Origin: Candidatus Omnitrophota bacterium
GTDB lineage: Bacteria > Omnitrophota > Gorgyraeia > Gygaellales > Profunditerraquicolaceae
NCBI GenBank assembly: GCA_041661605.1
Contig: JBAZUE010000001.1
Location: 734,928 to 798,927 of the forward strand
Length of the DNA: 64,000 nt
Direction: 5' to 3'
A program made the position numbers and the translations under genes. Every line of letters begins with the position of its first letter. Position 1 is the stretch's first letter. Below the pieces are notes generated by a model that saw only the letters and a list, made by a program, of their open reading frames with translations, was not told the origin of the DNA and did not search any database. Below, one piece after another: positions 54,143-64,000 of this stretch.

Positions 54143-56587
54143 TTAAGGCTTCTTGCCAAAAAACGCATCGGTAATCCCTTTGATAATATCGGTTACCGCC
54201 GGCTTGAAAGAATATTTTGGCTCCTGGAGCGAGCCGCTTAATTTAATTACCCCCATTTTACCCGCCTGCCCCATAATTGCGGTAGTGACATCCTTTAATG
54301 TGCCGCTTAAAGGGATCATCTCGCTTAAGATATCCACATCTAAAGCGCCATCGAGGGAACCGTTAAAGCCGATTCTTAACGAACCGGATAGCTCTGCGAC
54401 ATTGCCTTTTAATTTCAGGTTGTCCGTATAAACAAAACTGTTTTTTACCAGGAAACTAGAGGAGCATTCCGAAAGATCAATGCTGCCCAGGTCCCTGGCA
54501 AACAATAGCTTTCCTATCCCCTGGAACAAATTCAGCTCCCAGAGTTTACCTTCTTTAACAGAAAAATCTCCCGAACCGCTGAGCTTATTTAAATCTCCCG
54601 AGAAACCATTAAGCTTTGTCTCCCCCTGAAAAATCCCGGAGATATTCTTATTTTTAGATAGCGTATCCTGCTTCAGCTTCTCCAGCCTGACTCCGGATGC
54701 CTGCAGTTCTATATGATACGGTAAATTAACAGTATCAAGGTTAAGCGAACCAACCCCCTTAATTACCCCGTCGTAAAAAGCAACGGACATTGAAGTTACC
54801 CTGGCTATCTTTTGTTCCTGCAGGTAATCCAGAAGGAACTCTTGTGTGTTTAACCCGTATATAGAAAGGTTGCTGCTGGAAAACTTTGCCTGGATGGAAC
54901 AATTCTTAAGATCATAAATCCGGCCGCTCAAATTAAATTGCGCATCCAATTGCCCCTTTGGCTGTATATTTTTTATAACAGGATATTTCTTTTCCAGCGC
55001 TCCGCTTAAAGCCTCCAGGTTCAGGTTAAGCTTTCCGTCAACATCCCCCTGCGGGCCGGCAGGATCGGAATTATCTATATCTGCGCTGATTAGGAACTGT
55101 GAACCCAGATATTTTCCCTTGGCCTGGGTAATCTTAATCTTCTTATCTATAAATTCAAAAACTCCGGATAAAGATATGTCCCGCGAAGATAACTGCAGTT
55201 TTATCTTAGGTGCGGAGAAATTAGATAGTTCGCCGCTGCTTTCATAATCCATGCCCTGATATTTAAATTTTGCCCCTGACCAGCTAAATCCCTGTTGGCT
55301 GAATTCAAGGGCCGCAGAGATATTTTCAATAGGAACATCATGCTTGGCTAATTTTAACCCCGCGTCTATAATATCCACTCTGCCCTGTATTAGCCAACCC
55401 CCTTTTCCATCCGGATGCAGTTTTATAAATAGATCCGCTTTGCCAAGCGCCGTACTGACATGCGTAAAATTGAATTTCTCTTTGGCGATAGCCGGCAGAA
55501 AGTTCAAGCTTAAACTGGTATTTATATTTAACGCCAGGGTATTGAAATCCTTGATCCCCAGGTTGACCTCAAAAGGGATGCCTAAAATTTCCGCCTTTAA
55601 CCCTTGCGCCACCAAAGAACGCTCGTTAAAAGCAATCTTGCCGTAAAGGTTTTTCAATTCCCCAAAAAAATCCAAGCCGCTTATATCTGCCTGCCGGATA
55701 TCACAATTACCGTCAAAAGATATTTTTTTAGTTTGCAGGTTATAATCGATTTTTGTCCCCATGCCTAAATTTAAACTGACCTTGATCTTGTCTTTTGCAA
55801 AAACCAGTTTATCAGCCTTGGCGTTGGCTTCTATATGCAAAAGCTGATCCTTAAAATTTATTTTTGCCCGGGCATCAACCAGGCCCGAAATCAAATTCAG
55901 GCCGAAGCTGCTGTAATAGGCCTCAAGGTCTTTCGGCAGAAGGTTACTCACCGACAAATTAGCCGACAGCTGGCGGCTTAAAATCTTGTATTCTCCCCAG
56001 GCATAGATAAAAGCCGGAGGGTTATTGGGAAGTTCCCCTTTGAAATTAAACTTTATGCTTGCCGGCAAAGCCAGCCCCAGGCTAAGCTGGATATTTTTTA
56101 TCTCTTTCCTAAACTGGGCTGCCAAAGTGTCATCCTGGAAAGCAATACTGCCGGAAGAGATGTTTATCTTATAAACCGAAACTCTGAATTCAGATTTCTT
56201 TGATTTAGATTCTTTGGGGATAAAAAGATCCTGGAGGTTAAAAGAACCGTCTTTGAAACGCTCTAAGAAAATATACGGGCTTTTAAGATTTATGCTGGGG
56301 ATAATAATTTGTTTCCTGAAAACCGGCCAGATAAAAATAGCGCAATTTGCCTGGCGCGTACTCAGGATTACATTCTGTTTATCGGAGATAACCAGGTCGC
56401 GCAAAACCAGCCCTTTGAATATGTTAAATTCCAAAGACCCCAGGCTGACTTCTTTGCGGGTTTGCTGCGCCAAGGTTGATACGATAACGGATTTTATCTT
56501 TCCGGGCAAGAAAACCTTATTCAAATACACCAGCACGGCAGAAATAAACAAGATCACAATTAAAGCAATTATGATAAACTTTTTCAT
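54143..56587 (-). CDS. AsmA-family / DUF748-like large envelope protein
   Basis: 814 aa. A single N-terminal TM (KKFIIIALIVILFISAVLVYL), then long repetitive beta-rich sequence typical of AsmA/TamB-like proteins. Assignment by architecture only. Confidence 0.55.
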   Translation of the reverse strand: MKKFIIIALIVILFISAVLVYLNKVFLPGKIKSVIVSTLAQQTRKEVSLGSLEFNIFKGLVLRDLVISDKQNVILSTRQANCAIFIWPVFRKQIIIPSINLKSPYIFLERFKDGSFNLQDLFIPKESKSKKSEFRVSVYKINISSGSIAFQDDTLAAQFRKEIKNIQLSLGLALPASIKFNFKGELPNNPPAFIYAWGEYKILSRQLSANLSVSNLLPKDLEAYYSSFGLNLISGLVDARAKINFKDQLLHIEANAKADKLVFAKDKIKVSLNLGMGTKIDYNLQTKKISFDGNCDIRQADISGLDFFGELKNLYGKIAFNERSLVAQGLKAEILGIPFEVNLGIKDFNTLALNINTSLSLNFLPAIAKEKFNFTHVSTALGKADLFIKLHPDGKGGWLIQGRVDIIDAGLKLAKHDVPIENISAALEFSQQGFSWSGAKFKYQGMDYESSGELSNFSAPKIKLQLSSRDISLSGVFEFIDKKIKITQAKGKYLGSQFLISADIDNSDPAGPQGDVDGKLNLNLEALSGALEKKYPVIKNIQPKGQLDAQFNLSGRIYDLKNCSIQAKFSSSNLSIYGLNTQEFLLDYLQEQKIARVTSMSVAFYDGVIKGVGSLNLDTVNLPYHIELQASGVRLEKLKQDTLSKNKNISGIFQGETKLNGFSGDLNKLSGSGDFSVKEGKLWELNLFQGIGKLLFARDLGSIDLSECSSSFLVKNSFVYTDNLKLKGNVAELSGSLRIGFNGSLDGALDVDILSEMIPLSGTLKDVTTAIMGQAGKMGVIKLSGSLQEPKYSFKPAVTDIIKGITDAFFGKKP

Positions 56588-58032
56588 TTCTTTCGCTTAA
56601 TTATGGAGGCTGCCAGTTTCAAAGCTTCTGCCTTATTTTTAACCTTGCCGATAGCCTGGGCTTCTTCCAACTCATCAAGTACCTTGCCGATTAAAGGAGA
56701 AGGCGGTAATTTGAACTTACGCATAAGGTCATTGCCGTTTAAAAGTCGGACTAATTTCTTTTCGTTTTTCTGCTTTAATAACCGGCGGATTAACGCCTTG
56801 ACTGTTTTCTCATGGCGCAGGCGCGAGACTGCCGTAGTCAATGGGCCCTTGGTGGCGCGCTGGTCAGCCAGCGATAATAAAAGTACCGCCAAGGCATCAT
56901 CTCCAGCATCGCGGAAATACCTGAAGATTGCCCGCTCAGTTGGCCGGATGCAATCCGCAAGGTAGCCCGGCCTTAAATGCCAGAGGACTATTCTTTCCAG
57001 GGAACGAATTTCATCATTAGCTAATTTCAGCCTGCGCGAAATTATCCGGGTTAACCCCAGCCCTATCCTTTCATGGCCATGGAAGATAATTTTTCCTTTT
57101 TCCCTGCGCAAGGCCTTAGGTTTTCCTACATCATGCAAAATACAAGCCAGTTTCAAAAGGCTTGACCTTTTACGCTGGCTGGAAAGCTCTTCAGCCAGAT
57201 ATTTGTTTATCTCAGGGTCTTGTTTAACAGAACGCGACAATAACTCAAATTGATTCAAGGTTTCCAGGGTATGCTGCCAGACATCCAGGTGGTGATAGGG
57301 CCCCTGGCCGATGCCGGACATAGGTTTTATCTCGGGAAAAATGATCTCTAAAATCTTTAGCTTATCCAGGACAGCTAAAGAAGTATAGGCTGTAAGGCTG
57401 TCAAAGATTTTAAACAATTCTTCGCGGATGCGCTCGCTTGAGACCGAACTGATCAGATGTTTCTCTTTTTTTGCCAGGCGTAACGTTTCTTTATCCAGGC
57501 TAAAGCCGAGCATACAGCTAAAACTAAAAGCGCGTAAGATCCTTAGGGGGTCTTCTTTAAAAGAATCCTTGCTGCAGACCCGGATAGTCTTGCGCTTAAG
57601 GTCCTCCCTGCCATAATAAGGATCAATAATTAAGCTGTTTAAATCCTGGCCGCTGAAAACATCTTTGAGTTCAATAGCCATGGAGTTTATGGTAAAATCC
57701 CGGTGCAAGAGGTCTTTTTCTAAAGTTTTGGCGCGGAAATCCGTAAAATCAAAGGTATAAACTCTGCCCCCGATCTTCTTTACCAGACGGCAAGCGGCAT
57801 GTTCCTCATCCAGAACCACAAATCCGGCCTTTAATTGACGGGCCAGCTTACGGCCGAAATTTATTGCCCCGGACGGCAGGCAAAAATCAAAATCCGGATT
57901 TTCTTTCCGCCGGTTTAAAATTAAATCGCGCAGGGCTCCGCCGACAAGATATAACTTCGCCTTCCTGGATTTGGCAAAATTATAAACCGGCCTTAAAATA
58001 CCTTTGTCGTTTTCGTTGAAGTTAAGCGCCAT
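56584..58032 (-). CDS. cca: CCA-adding tRNA nucleotidyltransferase with HD domain
   Basis: ATG 58032 (MALNFNEN) avoids overlap with the upstream gene. YLVGGALRDLIL, RDFTINSMA, and HD motif ILHDVGKP. Confidence 0.85.
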   Translation of the reverse strand: MALNFNENDKGILRPVYNFAKSRKAKLYLVGGALRDLILNRRKENPDFDFCLPSGAINFGRKLARQLKAGFVVLDEEHAACRLVKKIGGRVYTFDFTDFRAKTLEKDLLHRDFTINSMAIELKDVFSGQDLNSLIIDPYYGREDLKRKTIRVCSKDSFKEDPLRILRAFSFSCMLGFSLDKETLRLAKKEKHLISSVSSERIREELFKIFDSLTAYTSLAVLDKLKILEIIFPEIKPMSGIGQGPYHHLDVWQHTLETLNQFELLSRSVKQDPEINKYLAEELSSQRKRSSLLKLACILHDVGKPKALRREKGKIIFHGHERIGLGLTRIISRRLKLANDEIRSLERIVLWHLRPGYLADCIRPTERAIFRYFRDAGDDALAVLLLSLADQRATKGPLTTAVSRLRHEKTVKALIRRLLKQKNEKKLVRLLNGNDLMRKFKLPPSPLIGKVLDELEEAQAIGKVKNKAEALKLAASIIKRKK

Positions 58033-58054
58033 AAGTTTTGATCTAAGGGGGGTT

Positions 58055-58474
58055 TTACTGCTTGTCTTTATCAAACACCTCAAACTGCCTGACAATCTCA
58101 TCTTCTACAAATATCGGAGCATGAAACCTCACTGCCAGGGCCACGCTGTCCGAAGGGCGGGCATCAATAAGCTTCAAATCTCCGCTTCCTGTCTTGATAA
58201 CAATCTTGGCATGGAATGTAGTCTCCTCCAGCTTATCAATAATAATCTTCTCTACGCTAGCGTTTAAATCCTTGAGCATTATATAAATCAAGTCGTGGGT
58301 CAACGGCCGGGGAGGGTTAAAACCGCTGATCTTTAATTTTATAGCCGAGGCTTCATTTAATCCGATAACAATCGGCAAAACACGCGAGCCGCCTTTTTCT
58401 TTCAAGACAATCAATTGATCATGCCGCTTTTCATCTATAACAATTTTATTCAACTCCATCTCTACCATCATCAC
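58055..58474 (-). CDS. bifunctional nuclease family protein (DUF151/BFN)
   Basis: 139 aa. LPIVIGLNEASAI, RPLTHDLI, FHAKI and IDARPSDSVALAVR blocks of the DUF151 family. Confidence 0.75.
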   Translation of the reverse strand: MMMVEMELNKIVIDEKRHDQLIVLKEKGGSRVLPIVIGLNEASAIKLKISGFNPPRPLTHDLIYIMLKDLNASVEKIIIDKLEETTFHAKIVIKTGSGDLKLIDARPSDSVALAVRFHAPIFVEDEIVRQFEVFDKDKQ

Positions 58475-58511
58475 TCCTTATATATATGATATTTTGGTCA
58501 AATGTAAAAAT

Positions 58512-58979
58512 CTATTTCTTCTTTTTATCTTTACCCAAAATATCTCTCAACTCAACCATAAACTGCCCCACGTCCTTAAACTGCCGGTATACCGAGGCAA
58601 AACGCACATAAGCGACATCGTCAATCTGTTTAAGCTTCTCCATAACCAGCTCGCCTATCCTGCTGGACAAAACCTCACGGTCATTTTTCTTCTGGATAGC
58701 GTGCTCAACCTGGACAACTACCCCTTCCATCTTTTCCACGCTCACCGGCCGCTTTTCGCAGGCGCGGATTATACCGGCTAAAACCTTCTTGCGGTCAAAA
58801 GGCTCCCTGCGTCCGTCTTTCTTGATCACCAGCAGCGAGACCTCTTCGATATATTCATAAGTAGTGAAACGCTTGCCGCATTTCAAGCATTCTCTTCTAC
58901 GCCTGACCGCCGATTCCTCGGCTGTAGCGCGAGAATCCACTACCTTATCCTCTTTATAACCGCAGAACGGGCATTTCAT
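58512..58979 (-). CDS. nrdR: transcriptional repressor NrdR
   Basis: [17 protein letters not shown] zinc ribbon, [16 protein letters not shown], and a C-terminal ATP-cone. Confidence 0.94.
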   Translation of the reverse strand: MKCPFCGYKEDKVVDSRATAEESAVRRRRECLKCGKRFTTYEYIEEVSLLVIKKDGRREPFDRKKVLAGIIRACEKRPVSVEKMEGVVVQVEHAIQKKNDREVLSSRIGELVMEKLKQIDDVAYVRFASVYRQFKDVGQFMVELRDILGKDKKKK

Positions 58980-59437
58980 ATCTTCCTTATCTTTATCTTT
59001 GCCTGTTTTAAGAAACTCAGCGCCAATTTATCCGGGTAACCTTCGGCAATCACAATCTCTTTTATTCCGGCATTAATCAACATCTTAGCGCAGATAACGC
59101 ACGGCTGGTTAGTAGCATAAAGGACAGCCCCTTTGACGCTTATTCCGTGCAGGCATGCCTGGATAAGCGCGTTCTGCTCGGCGTGCAGCGCGCGGCATAA
59201 TTCATGGCGCTCTCCCGAGGGGATCTTCATCTTCTGCCGTATGCAGCCGATTTCAACGCAATGCTTCAGGCCGCTTGGAGCGCCGTTATAACCGGTAGCC
59301 AGGATCCTTTTTTCTTTTACTATTACCGCTCCGACGCTGCGGCGCAGGCAGGTGGATCTTTTAGCCACCAAAGCTGACATCTCCAGAAAATACTCATCCC
59401 ACGTTGGCCTCTTATACGCGATAGTTTTCTTTTTCAT
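58976..59437 (-). CDS. comEB: deoxycytidylate (dCMP) deaminase
   Basis: [49 protein letters not shown]. Confidence 0.88.
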   Translation of the reverse strand: MKKKTIAYKRPTWDEYFLEMSALVAKRSTCLRRSVGAVIVKEKRILATGYNGAPSGLKHCVEIGCIRQKMKIPSGERHELCRALHAEQNALIQACLHGISVKGAVLYATNQPCVICAKMLINAGIKEIVIAEGYPDKLALSFLKQAKIKIRKI

Positions 59438-59438
59438 A

Positions 59439-60686
59439 TTATTTTAGCAACTCCGGATATAATGGAAACTTTTTGGCTAAAGCGATTGTCTCTTTTTTAA
59501 TTTTAGTCAGCCTCTCTGCGTCAGACTGGTTTTCCAACGCCTCATTGATTAAAGAGGCGATCTCCCGCATCTGGGCCTCTTTCATCTTGCGCGTGCTTAC
59601 TGCCGCAGTTCCCAGGCGGATGCCGCTGGTTACCATAGGGCCCTTCTGATCAAAAGGGATAAGGTTCTTGTTTACCGTAATATTAACCTCCCCTAAAATC
59701 TTTGAGGCATCGCTGCCTGTAACATTCTTGGCGTTTAGATCCACCAGCATTAAATGCGTATCCGTGCCTCCGGAAACAATACGGAAGCCTTTTTTCTCCA
59801 AGGCAGAAGCTAACTCTTTGGCATTTTTAGTCAACTGGATCTGGTATTGCTTGAACTCCGGCTGCATCGCTTCGTGAAAAGCCACAGCTTTAGCGGCAAC
59901 CACATGCATCAATGGCCCTCCCTGGATTCCCGGGAAAATCCTGCTGTCAATCTTCTTGGCAAACTCTTTTTTACAAAGGATAAACCCTCCCCGCGGGCCG
60001 CGCAAAGTCTTGTGCGTCGTGGAAGTAACAAACTCCGCGTAAGGCACCGGCGACGGATGTATCCCGACAGCCACCAGGCCGGCGATATGCGCCATATCCA
60101 CAAACAAGTATGCTCCAACAGTATCGGCAATCTGGCGGAATTTCTTAAAATCAATTGTCCTTGGGTATGCCGAGGCGCCGGCTAAGATCATCTTTGGCTT
60201 ATGTATTTTAGCCAACTCAAGAATAGCATCATAATCTAAGGCTTCGGTCTTTCTATCCACCCCATAACCAACCATTTTATAAAACATGCCGGAAAAATTA
60301 TGCGGATGGCCGTGAGTAAGATGTCCGCCGGCGGATAAATCCATCGCCAAAACCGTATCTCCGGGTTGTATTGCCGCGAAATAAACCGCCATATTCGCCT
60401 GTGAACCGGAATGCGGCTGGACATTGGCATGCTCTGCGCCGAATATCGCTTTGGCCCGCTCAATCGCCAGGCTTTCGGCAATATCAACATACTCACATCC
60501 GCCATACCAGCGCCTGCCGGGATAGCCTTCTGCATACTTATTGGTCAACACCGAGCCCTGGGCCTCTAAAACCCCCAAAGAAGCAAAGTTCTCCGAGGCA
60601 ATCAACTCCAGGTTCTCATCCTGGCGCTTCATTTCTTTCTTAATCGCTGAGTAAATCTCCGGGTCAATCTCCTTTAGATGTTTCAC
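59439..60686 (-). CDS. glyA: serine hydroxymethyltransferase
   Basis: [25 protein letters not shown]-like block, and [14 protein letters not shown] (PLP lysine). Confidence 0.97.
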   Translation of the reverse strand: MKHLKEIDPEIYSAIKKEMKRQDENLELIASENFASLGVLEAQGSVLTNKYAEGYPGRRWYGGCEYVDIAESLAIERAKAIFGAEHANVQPHSGSQANMAVYFAAIQPGDTVLAMDLSAGGHLTHGHPHNFSGMFYKMVGYGVDRKTEALDYDAILELAKIHKPKMILAGASAYPRTIDFKKFRQIADTVGAYLFVDMAHIAGLVAVGIHPSPVPYAEFVTSTTHKTLRGPRGGFILCKKEFAKKIDSRIFPGIQGGPLMHVVAAKAVAFHEAMQPEFKQYQIQLTKNAKELASALEKKGFRIVSGGTDTHLMLVDLNAKNVTGSDASKILGEVNITVNKNLIPFDQKGPMVTSGIRLGTAAVSTRKMKEAQMREIASLINEALENQSDAERLTKIKKETIALAKKFPLYPELLK

Positions 60687-61144
60687 TTGGCACTTCTCCT
60701 TATCTTCTGTTCAATCATATTGATTAATTTCACCCTTTTTAAATGCCTGCCCCCTGAAAATTTTGTATTTAACCAGGTAATCACCATCCTCTTGGCTAAA
60801 TCCGCTTTGACAAATGCCGAACCAAGAACCAGGACATTGCTATCATTATGCTCGCGGCTGAGTTTAGCTGTTTTAATGCTGTAGCAAAGCGCGGCGCGCA
60901 CACCCGGCAGCTTATTGGCAACGATAGAATTACCTATGCCGCTTTTACAAATAAGCACTCCCCTTTTATATTTGCCCGAAGAAACATCTTTCGCCAGATT
61001 ATAAGCGTATTCAGGATAATCACAACGCTCTTTGGAATAAGTTCCCAGGTCTTTTACCCCAAGGCCCTTCTTATCAAGATATTCCTTTAATTTTTCTTTT
61101 AATACAAACCCGGCATGGTCCGAAGCAATCAATAGTTTGCTCAT
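60683..61144 (-). CDS. rpiB: ribose 5-phosphate isomerase B
   Basis: [38 protein letters not shown] blocks. Confidence 0.92.
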   Translation of the reverse strand: MSKLLIASDHAGFVLKEKLKEYLDKKGLGVKDLGTYSKERCDYPEYAYNLAKDVSSGKYKRGVLICKSGIGNSIVANKLPGVRAALCYSIKTAKLSREHNDSNVLVLGSAFVKADLAKRMVITWLNTKFSGGRHLKRVKLINMIEQKIRRSAK

Positions 61145-62202
61145 ATAATTTTACTTATCCTTTCTACGGCATCTTTAATTGTATGAAAAGTATTCTCATA
61201 AAACTCAGGTGACCCTCCTATCGGGTCAATAATATCCAAATCATTATCATCCATTTTAGCAAATTCTTTTAATAAAAAAAGCCTGTTTTTCGCCTCCGGG
61301 GCAAGCTGCAGCACCCTCTTTTCATGCATTGCTTCCATTACTAGTATTATATCCGATCTATCCACCATCTCCCTGGTCAATCGTTGCGAGCGGTGCCCGG
61401 ACACATCAATGCCTTCATTTTTCAAAACTTCCCTGGTCTCTGTGCTTGCGCCAAGCCCGGCAAGGATCATTATGCCCGCCGAGATCACCTCAACATCATT
61501 CCTTTTCTGTTTTTCCAAAAGTTTTTTTAAATATGCTTCAGCCATTACCGAGCGACAGGAGTTTCCCGTGCAGACAAATAACACGATCTTGGATTTTACA
61601 ACCGCGCTTATCTCTTCATCTTTTATTGCCCCGCTCCTGATTATCTTAAGCGGCTCAAGGCTTAAATCCACGATAGTAGATTCTACGCCTATCTTTGCCT
61701 GACCGCCGTCAACGGCTAAATCCACCAGCCCGTCCATATCCTTAATCGCCTGCGTAAAATCAACCGGCGCAGGAGTACCCGCTATATTGGCAGACGGGCA
61801 AGCTACAGGAACAAGCGCCTGTTCAATAATCTTTAAGGCAATCTGGTTATCCGGCATACGCAAACCCACCTTTGCGCCGTTTATTGCTTTTAACAAAATA
61901 GTAAGCGGCCCCGGCCAGAATTTATGCATTAACTTATAAGCAGCTACCGGTATATCGCAAGCAAACTCCTCAGCCTTAAATTTATCCGCGATAAGCATCG
62001 CGAAAGGCTTGTCTTTAGAACGCTTCTTAATTTCATAGAGCTTATCCAGCGCCTTTTTATCCAGGGAGTTAGCCGCAATGCCGTAAACCGTTTCCGTAGG
62101 AATAATTACCAGGCCGCCTGCGGCAATAGTCTTAGCTGCTTGAGCGATATAATCCTCTTCGGGAGCTAACGGATTTATTTTTATTATTTTCGTCAAACTC
62201 AT
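61141..62202 (-). CDS. L-threonylcarbamoyladenylate synthase (TsaC/YwlC) fused to a low-molecular-weight protein phosphatase (YwlE-like)
   Basis: N-half: GGLVIIPTETVYGIAAN, WPGPLTIL, RMPDN. C-half: VLFVCTGNSCRSVMAEAY (CX5R P-loop) and DIIDPIGG (the general acid Asp). Confidence 0.85.
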   Translation of the reverse strand: MSLTKIIKINPLAPEEDYIAQAAKTIAAGGLVIIPTETVYGIAANSLDKKALDKLYEIKKRSKDKPFAMLIADKFKAEEFACDIPVAAYKLMHKFWPGPLTILLKAINGAKVGLRMPDNQIALKIIEQALVPVACPSANIAGTPAPVDFTQAIKDMDGLVDLAVDGGQAKIGVESTIVDLSLEPLKIIRSGAIKDEEISAVVKSKIVLFVCTGNSCRSVMAEAYLKKLLEKQKRNDVEVISAGIMILAGLGASTETREVLKNEGIDVSGHRSQRLTREMVDRSDIILVMEAMHEKRVLQLAPEAKNRLFLLKEFAKMDDNDLDIIDPIGGSPEFYENTFHTIKDAVERISKII

Positions 62203-62681
62203 ACCTTGATTTTTGTCTGCTTAATCTTAAGGCGCATCCGCTTCTTGTAATTACTAAGCTTGGCGCTGATCTTGGGGTCGTTTAAACCAAGTATCTCTAA
62301 AGCAAAAAGCGCGGCGTTCCTGGCCCCGGATTTTCCTATAGACATGCAGGCAACCGGAATCCCCGGAGGCATCTGCACAGTTGATAAAAGAGAATCCAGG
62401 CCTTTTAAATTTTTGGTTTCAACGGGTACGCCGATAACCGGCAAAATAGTATGCGCAGCCACTACCCCGGCTAAAGCCGCAGACATCCCCGCGGCGGCAA
62501 TAAAGACTTTTGTGCCGCCCTTAGGCGCCGCCTCTACATATTGAGCCACCTCTTTAGGCGTACGGTGAGCGGATAAAACCCTGACTTCAAAATCCGCCTT
62601 AAACTCCTTTAGCACTTTCACTGCTTCGCTTACCGTCTCTAGATCAGATTGACTTCCCATAATTATACTGATTTTTGCCAT
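62199..62681 (-). CDS. purE: 5-(carboxyamino)imidazole ribonucleotide mutase
   Basis: ATG 62681 has SD AAGGAGG. MAKISIIMGSQSDL, SAHRTP, AAGMSAALAGVVAAHT blocks. Confidence 0.94.
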   Translation of the reverse strand: MAKISIIMGSQSDLETVSEAVKVLKEFKADFEVRVLSAHRTPKEVAQYVEAAPKGGTKVFIAAAGMSAALAGVVAAHTILPVIGVPVETKNLKGLDSLLSTVQMPPGIPVACMSIGKSGARNAALFALEILGLNDPKISAKLSNYKKRMRLKIKQTKIKV

Positions 62682-62746
62682 GTTGCCTCCTTGTCTACCT
62701 GGACAACACCCGCGCAAGACCTGTTAGCGCGGGGCGCCTACTCCAC

Positions 62747-64000
62747 TTATCTTAAAGCTTTTGATCCAATATCCCGGCGAAAATGCATACCCTCAAAACT
62801 AATCTTGTTTACCGCTTTATATGTCTTATTTATAGCGTCCTCGATTGTAGAGCCTAATCCGGTTACGCCGAGCACCCTGCCTCCGCTGGTCAGTATTTTA
62901 CTCCCAACCTTTTTGGTCCCGGAATGAAAAACTACGATATCTTTTAATGTTTCCGCTTCCTTTAATCCTTTGATTTCTTTATCTTTTGCGTAATTTCCCG
63001 GATAGCCTCCGGATGCGCAGACTACGCATACACAGGCGCGGTTATCCCAGAATAAATTCTTTACTTTTATCAACTGGCCGTCAGTGGCTGCCAGCATTAC
63101 CTCAACTAAGTCGGATTTTAACCTGGGCAATATCGCCTCTGTTTCCGGATCGCCAAAACGCACATTAAACTCCAATGCCTTTGGCCCCTCCTTAGTCAGC
63201 ATTATACCGGCATACAAAACCCCACGGTAACCTATCCCCTCCTTAGCCAGGCCGTCAATAGCGCGATAAATTACCTTTTCCATAACCTCAACTAAAATAT
63301 CGGCGGTAACTATGGAAGCCGGGGAATAAGCGCCCATGCCTCCGGTATTAGCCCCCTGATCATTATCAAAGACCCTTTTATGGTCCTGGGCTGAAGCCAA
63401 AGCCAGCACCTGTTTTGAATCCGTAATTACCATGATCGAGGCCTCCTGGCCGGTAAGGCACTCCTCAACAATTATTTTCTTGCCGGCATCGCCGAAAACC
63501 TTATCCTGCATCATTGAAGTTACGGCATCATTTGCTTCTTTAATTGTTTTGGCTACGACCACTCCTTTTCCCGCGGCAAGGCCGTCGGCCTTAATTACGC
63601 AGGGCGCGCCGGTCTTCTCAATATATTTCTTTGCTTCTTCGGGGTTATCAAAAACTTTAAAAGCCGCTGTAGGCACATTATATTTTGCCATCAGCTGTTT
63701 GCTGAAAACCTTGCTTGCCTCTAAATTCGCCGCTTTTTTATTCGGGCCGAAAATCTTCAATCCCGCTTTTATAAATTCATTCACAATACCTAAGGCTAAC
63801 GGTATCTCCGGGCCGACCACAGTCAGGTCAATTTTTTCTTTGCGCGCAAATTCCAGCAAACCAAAAATATCATCGGCTTTTATATCAATGCATTCTGCCA
63901 GCTGCGCGATACCGCCGTTTCCCGGAGCGCAAAAAATCTTATCCACAAGCTTTGATTGAGCAATCTTCCAGACCAACGCGTGCTCTCTTCCGCCTGAGCC
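62747..64000 (-). CDS. purD: phosphoribosylamine-glycine ligase; the N-terminal ~10 codons lie beyond the window end
   Basis: The reading frame continues upstream of the listed ORF to the window edge (GSGGREHALVWKIAQS). ATP-grasp blocks VIKADGLAAGKGV, EECLTGQEAS, GPKALEFNVRFGDPE. Confidence 0.94.
   Translation of the reverse strand, partial: GSGGREHALVWKIAQSKLVDKIFCAPGNGGIAQLAECIDIKADDIFGLLEFARKEKIDLTVVGPEIPLALGIVNEFIKAGLKIFGPNKKAANLEASKVFSKQLMAKYNVPTAAFKVFDNPEEAKKYIEKTGAPCVIKADGLAAGKGVVVAKTIKEANDAVTSMMQDKVFGDAGKKIIVEECLTGQEASIMVITDSKQVLALASAQDHKRVFDNDQGANTGGMGAYSPASIVTADILVEVMEKVIYRAIDGLAKEGIGYRGVLYAGIMLTKEGPKALEFNVRFGDPETEAILPRLKSDLVEVMLAATDGQLIKVKNLFWDNRACVCVVCASGGYPGNYAKDKEIKGLKEAETLKDIVVFHSGTKKVGSKILTSGGRVLGVTGLGSTIEDAINKTYKAVNKISFEGMHFRRDIGSKALR

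Noticed and set aside
60236-60643. Overlapping ORFs in several frames inside glyA (59847-60185, 59909-60154, 60236-60535, 60371-60643)
   Set aside because: These are shadow frames within the best-supported gene of the window (SHMT motifs are continuous), with Arg/Pro-rich junk translations.

Overview
This is a moderately AT-rich, very compact bacterial chromosomal segment in which most genes abut or overlap by 1-20 nt. I call 68 protein genes, and 67 of them are on the minus strand. The content is core housekeeping of a diderm (LPS-making) bacterium; I cannot assign taxonomy from sequence alone. Clusters, listed by window coordinate (each minus-strand cluster is transcribed from its high-coordinate end): (1) a partial CpaF-like ATPase, then the ispG-rseP-dxr-cdsA-uppS isoprenoid/envelope cluster; (2) a GH57 branching enzyme with DUF4912; (3) an OmpA-like lipoprotein pair; (4) purA, an HMGL-like synthase, a secreted pseudo-nucleotidase-like protein, serA, a class V aminotransferase, clpP and tig; (5) a large LPS block containing lptB, a fused LptC/LptA-like gene, kdsC-kdsD-kdsA-kdsB, a heptose kinase, a DHS-like protein, then GT9-GT9, GT9, CE4, GT4, GT4-GT9, LpxL-ELM1 and lpxK, with waaA further along; (6) small-molecule and stress genes (UPF0016, HAD, STAS-PilZ, OsmC, guanine and cytosine deaminases, a UbiA-family prenyltransferase); (7) greA, waaA, xerC, topA, dprA, aroK, spoVG, aroC; (8) a thermonuclease and a DUF3786-like protein divergent from the single plus-strand gene, a Ski2/HelY-like helicase; (9) Macro-Nudix, yjbQ, a retropepsin-like protease, nth, a beta-barrel plus AsmA-like pair, cca, a bifunctional nuclease, nrdR, dCMP deaminase, glyA, rpiB, TsaC-PTP, purE and partial purD. 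I recognised no rRNA, tRNA, CRISPR array, transposase or obvious defence island. The most interesting unexplained signal is the only long intergenic gap (24641-25014). It holds a sharply GC-rich element with five nested perfect or near-perfect helices, which I interpret as a structured RNA of unresolved family. Other observations are unusual domain architectures (trigger factor without a PPIase domain, STAS-PilZ, several LPS enzyme fusions, a DHS-like protein inside the KDO/heptose operon), an unlisted 55-aa ORF, a probable leaderless helicase mRNA and an 18-bp perfect palindrome. All calls rest on reading the translations and sequence by eye. No database search was run.
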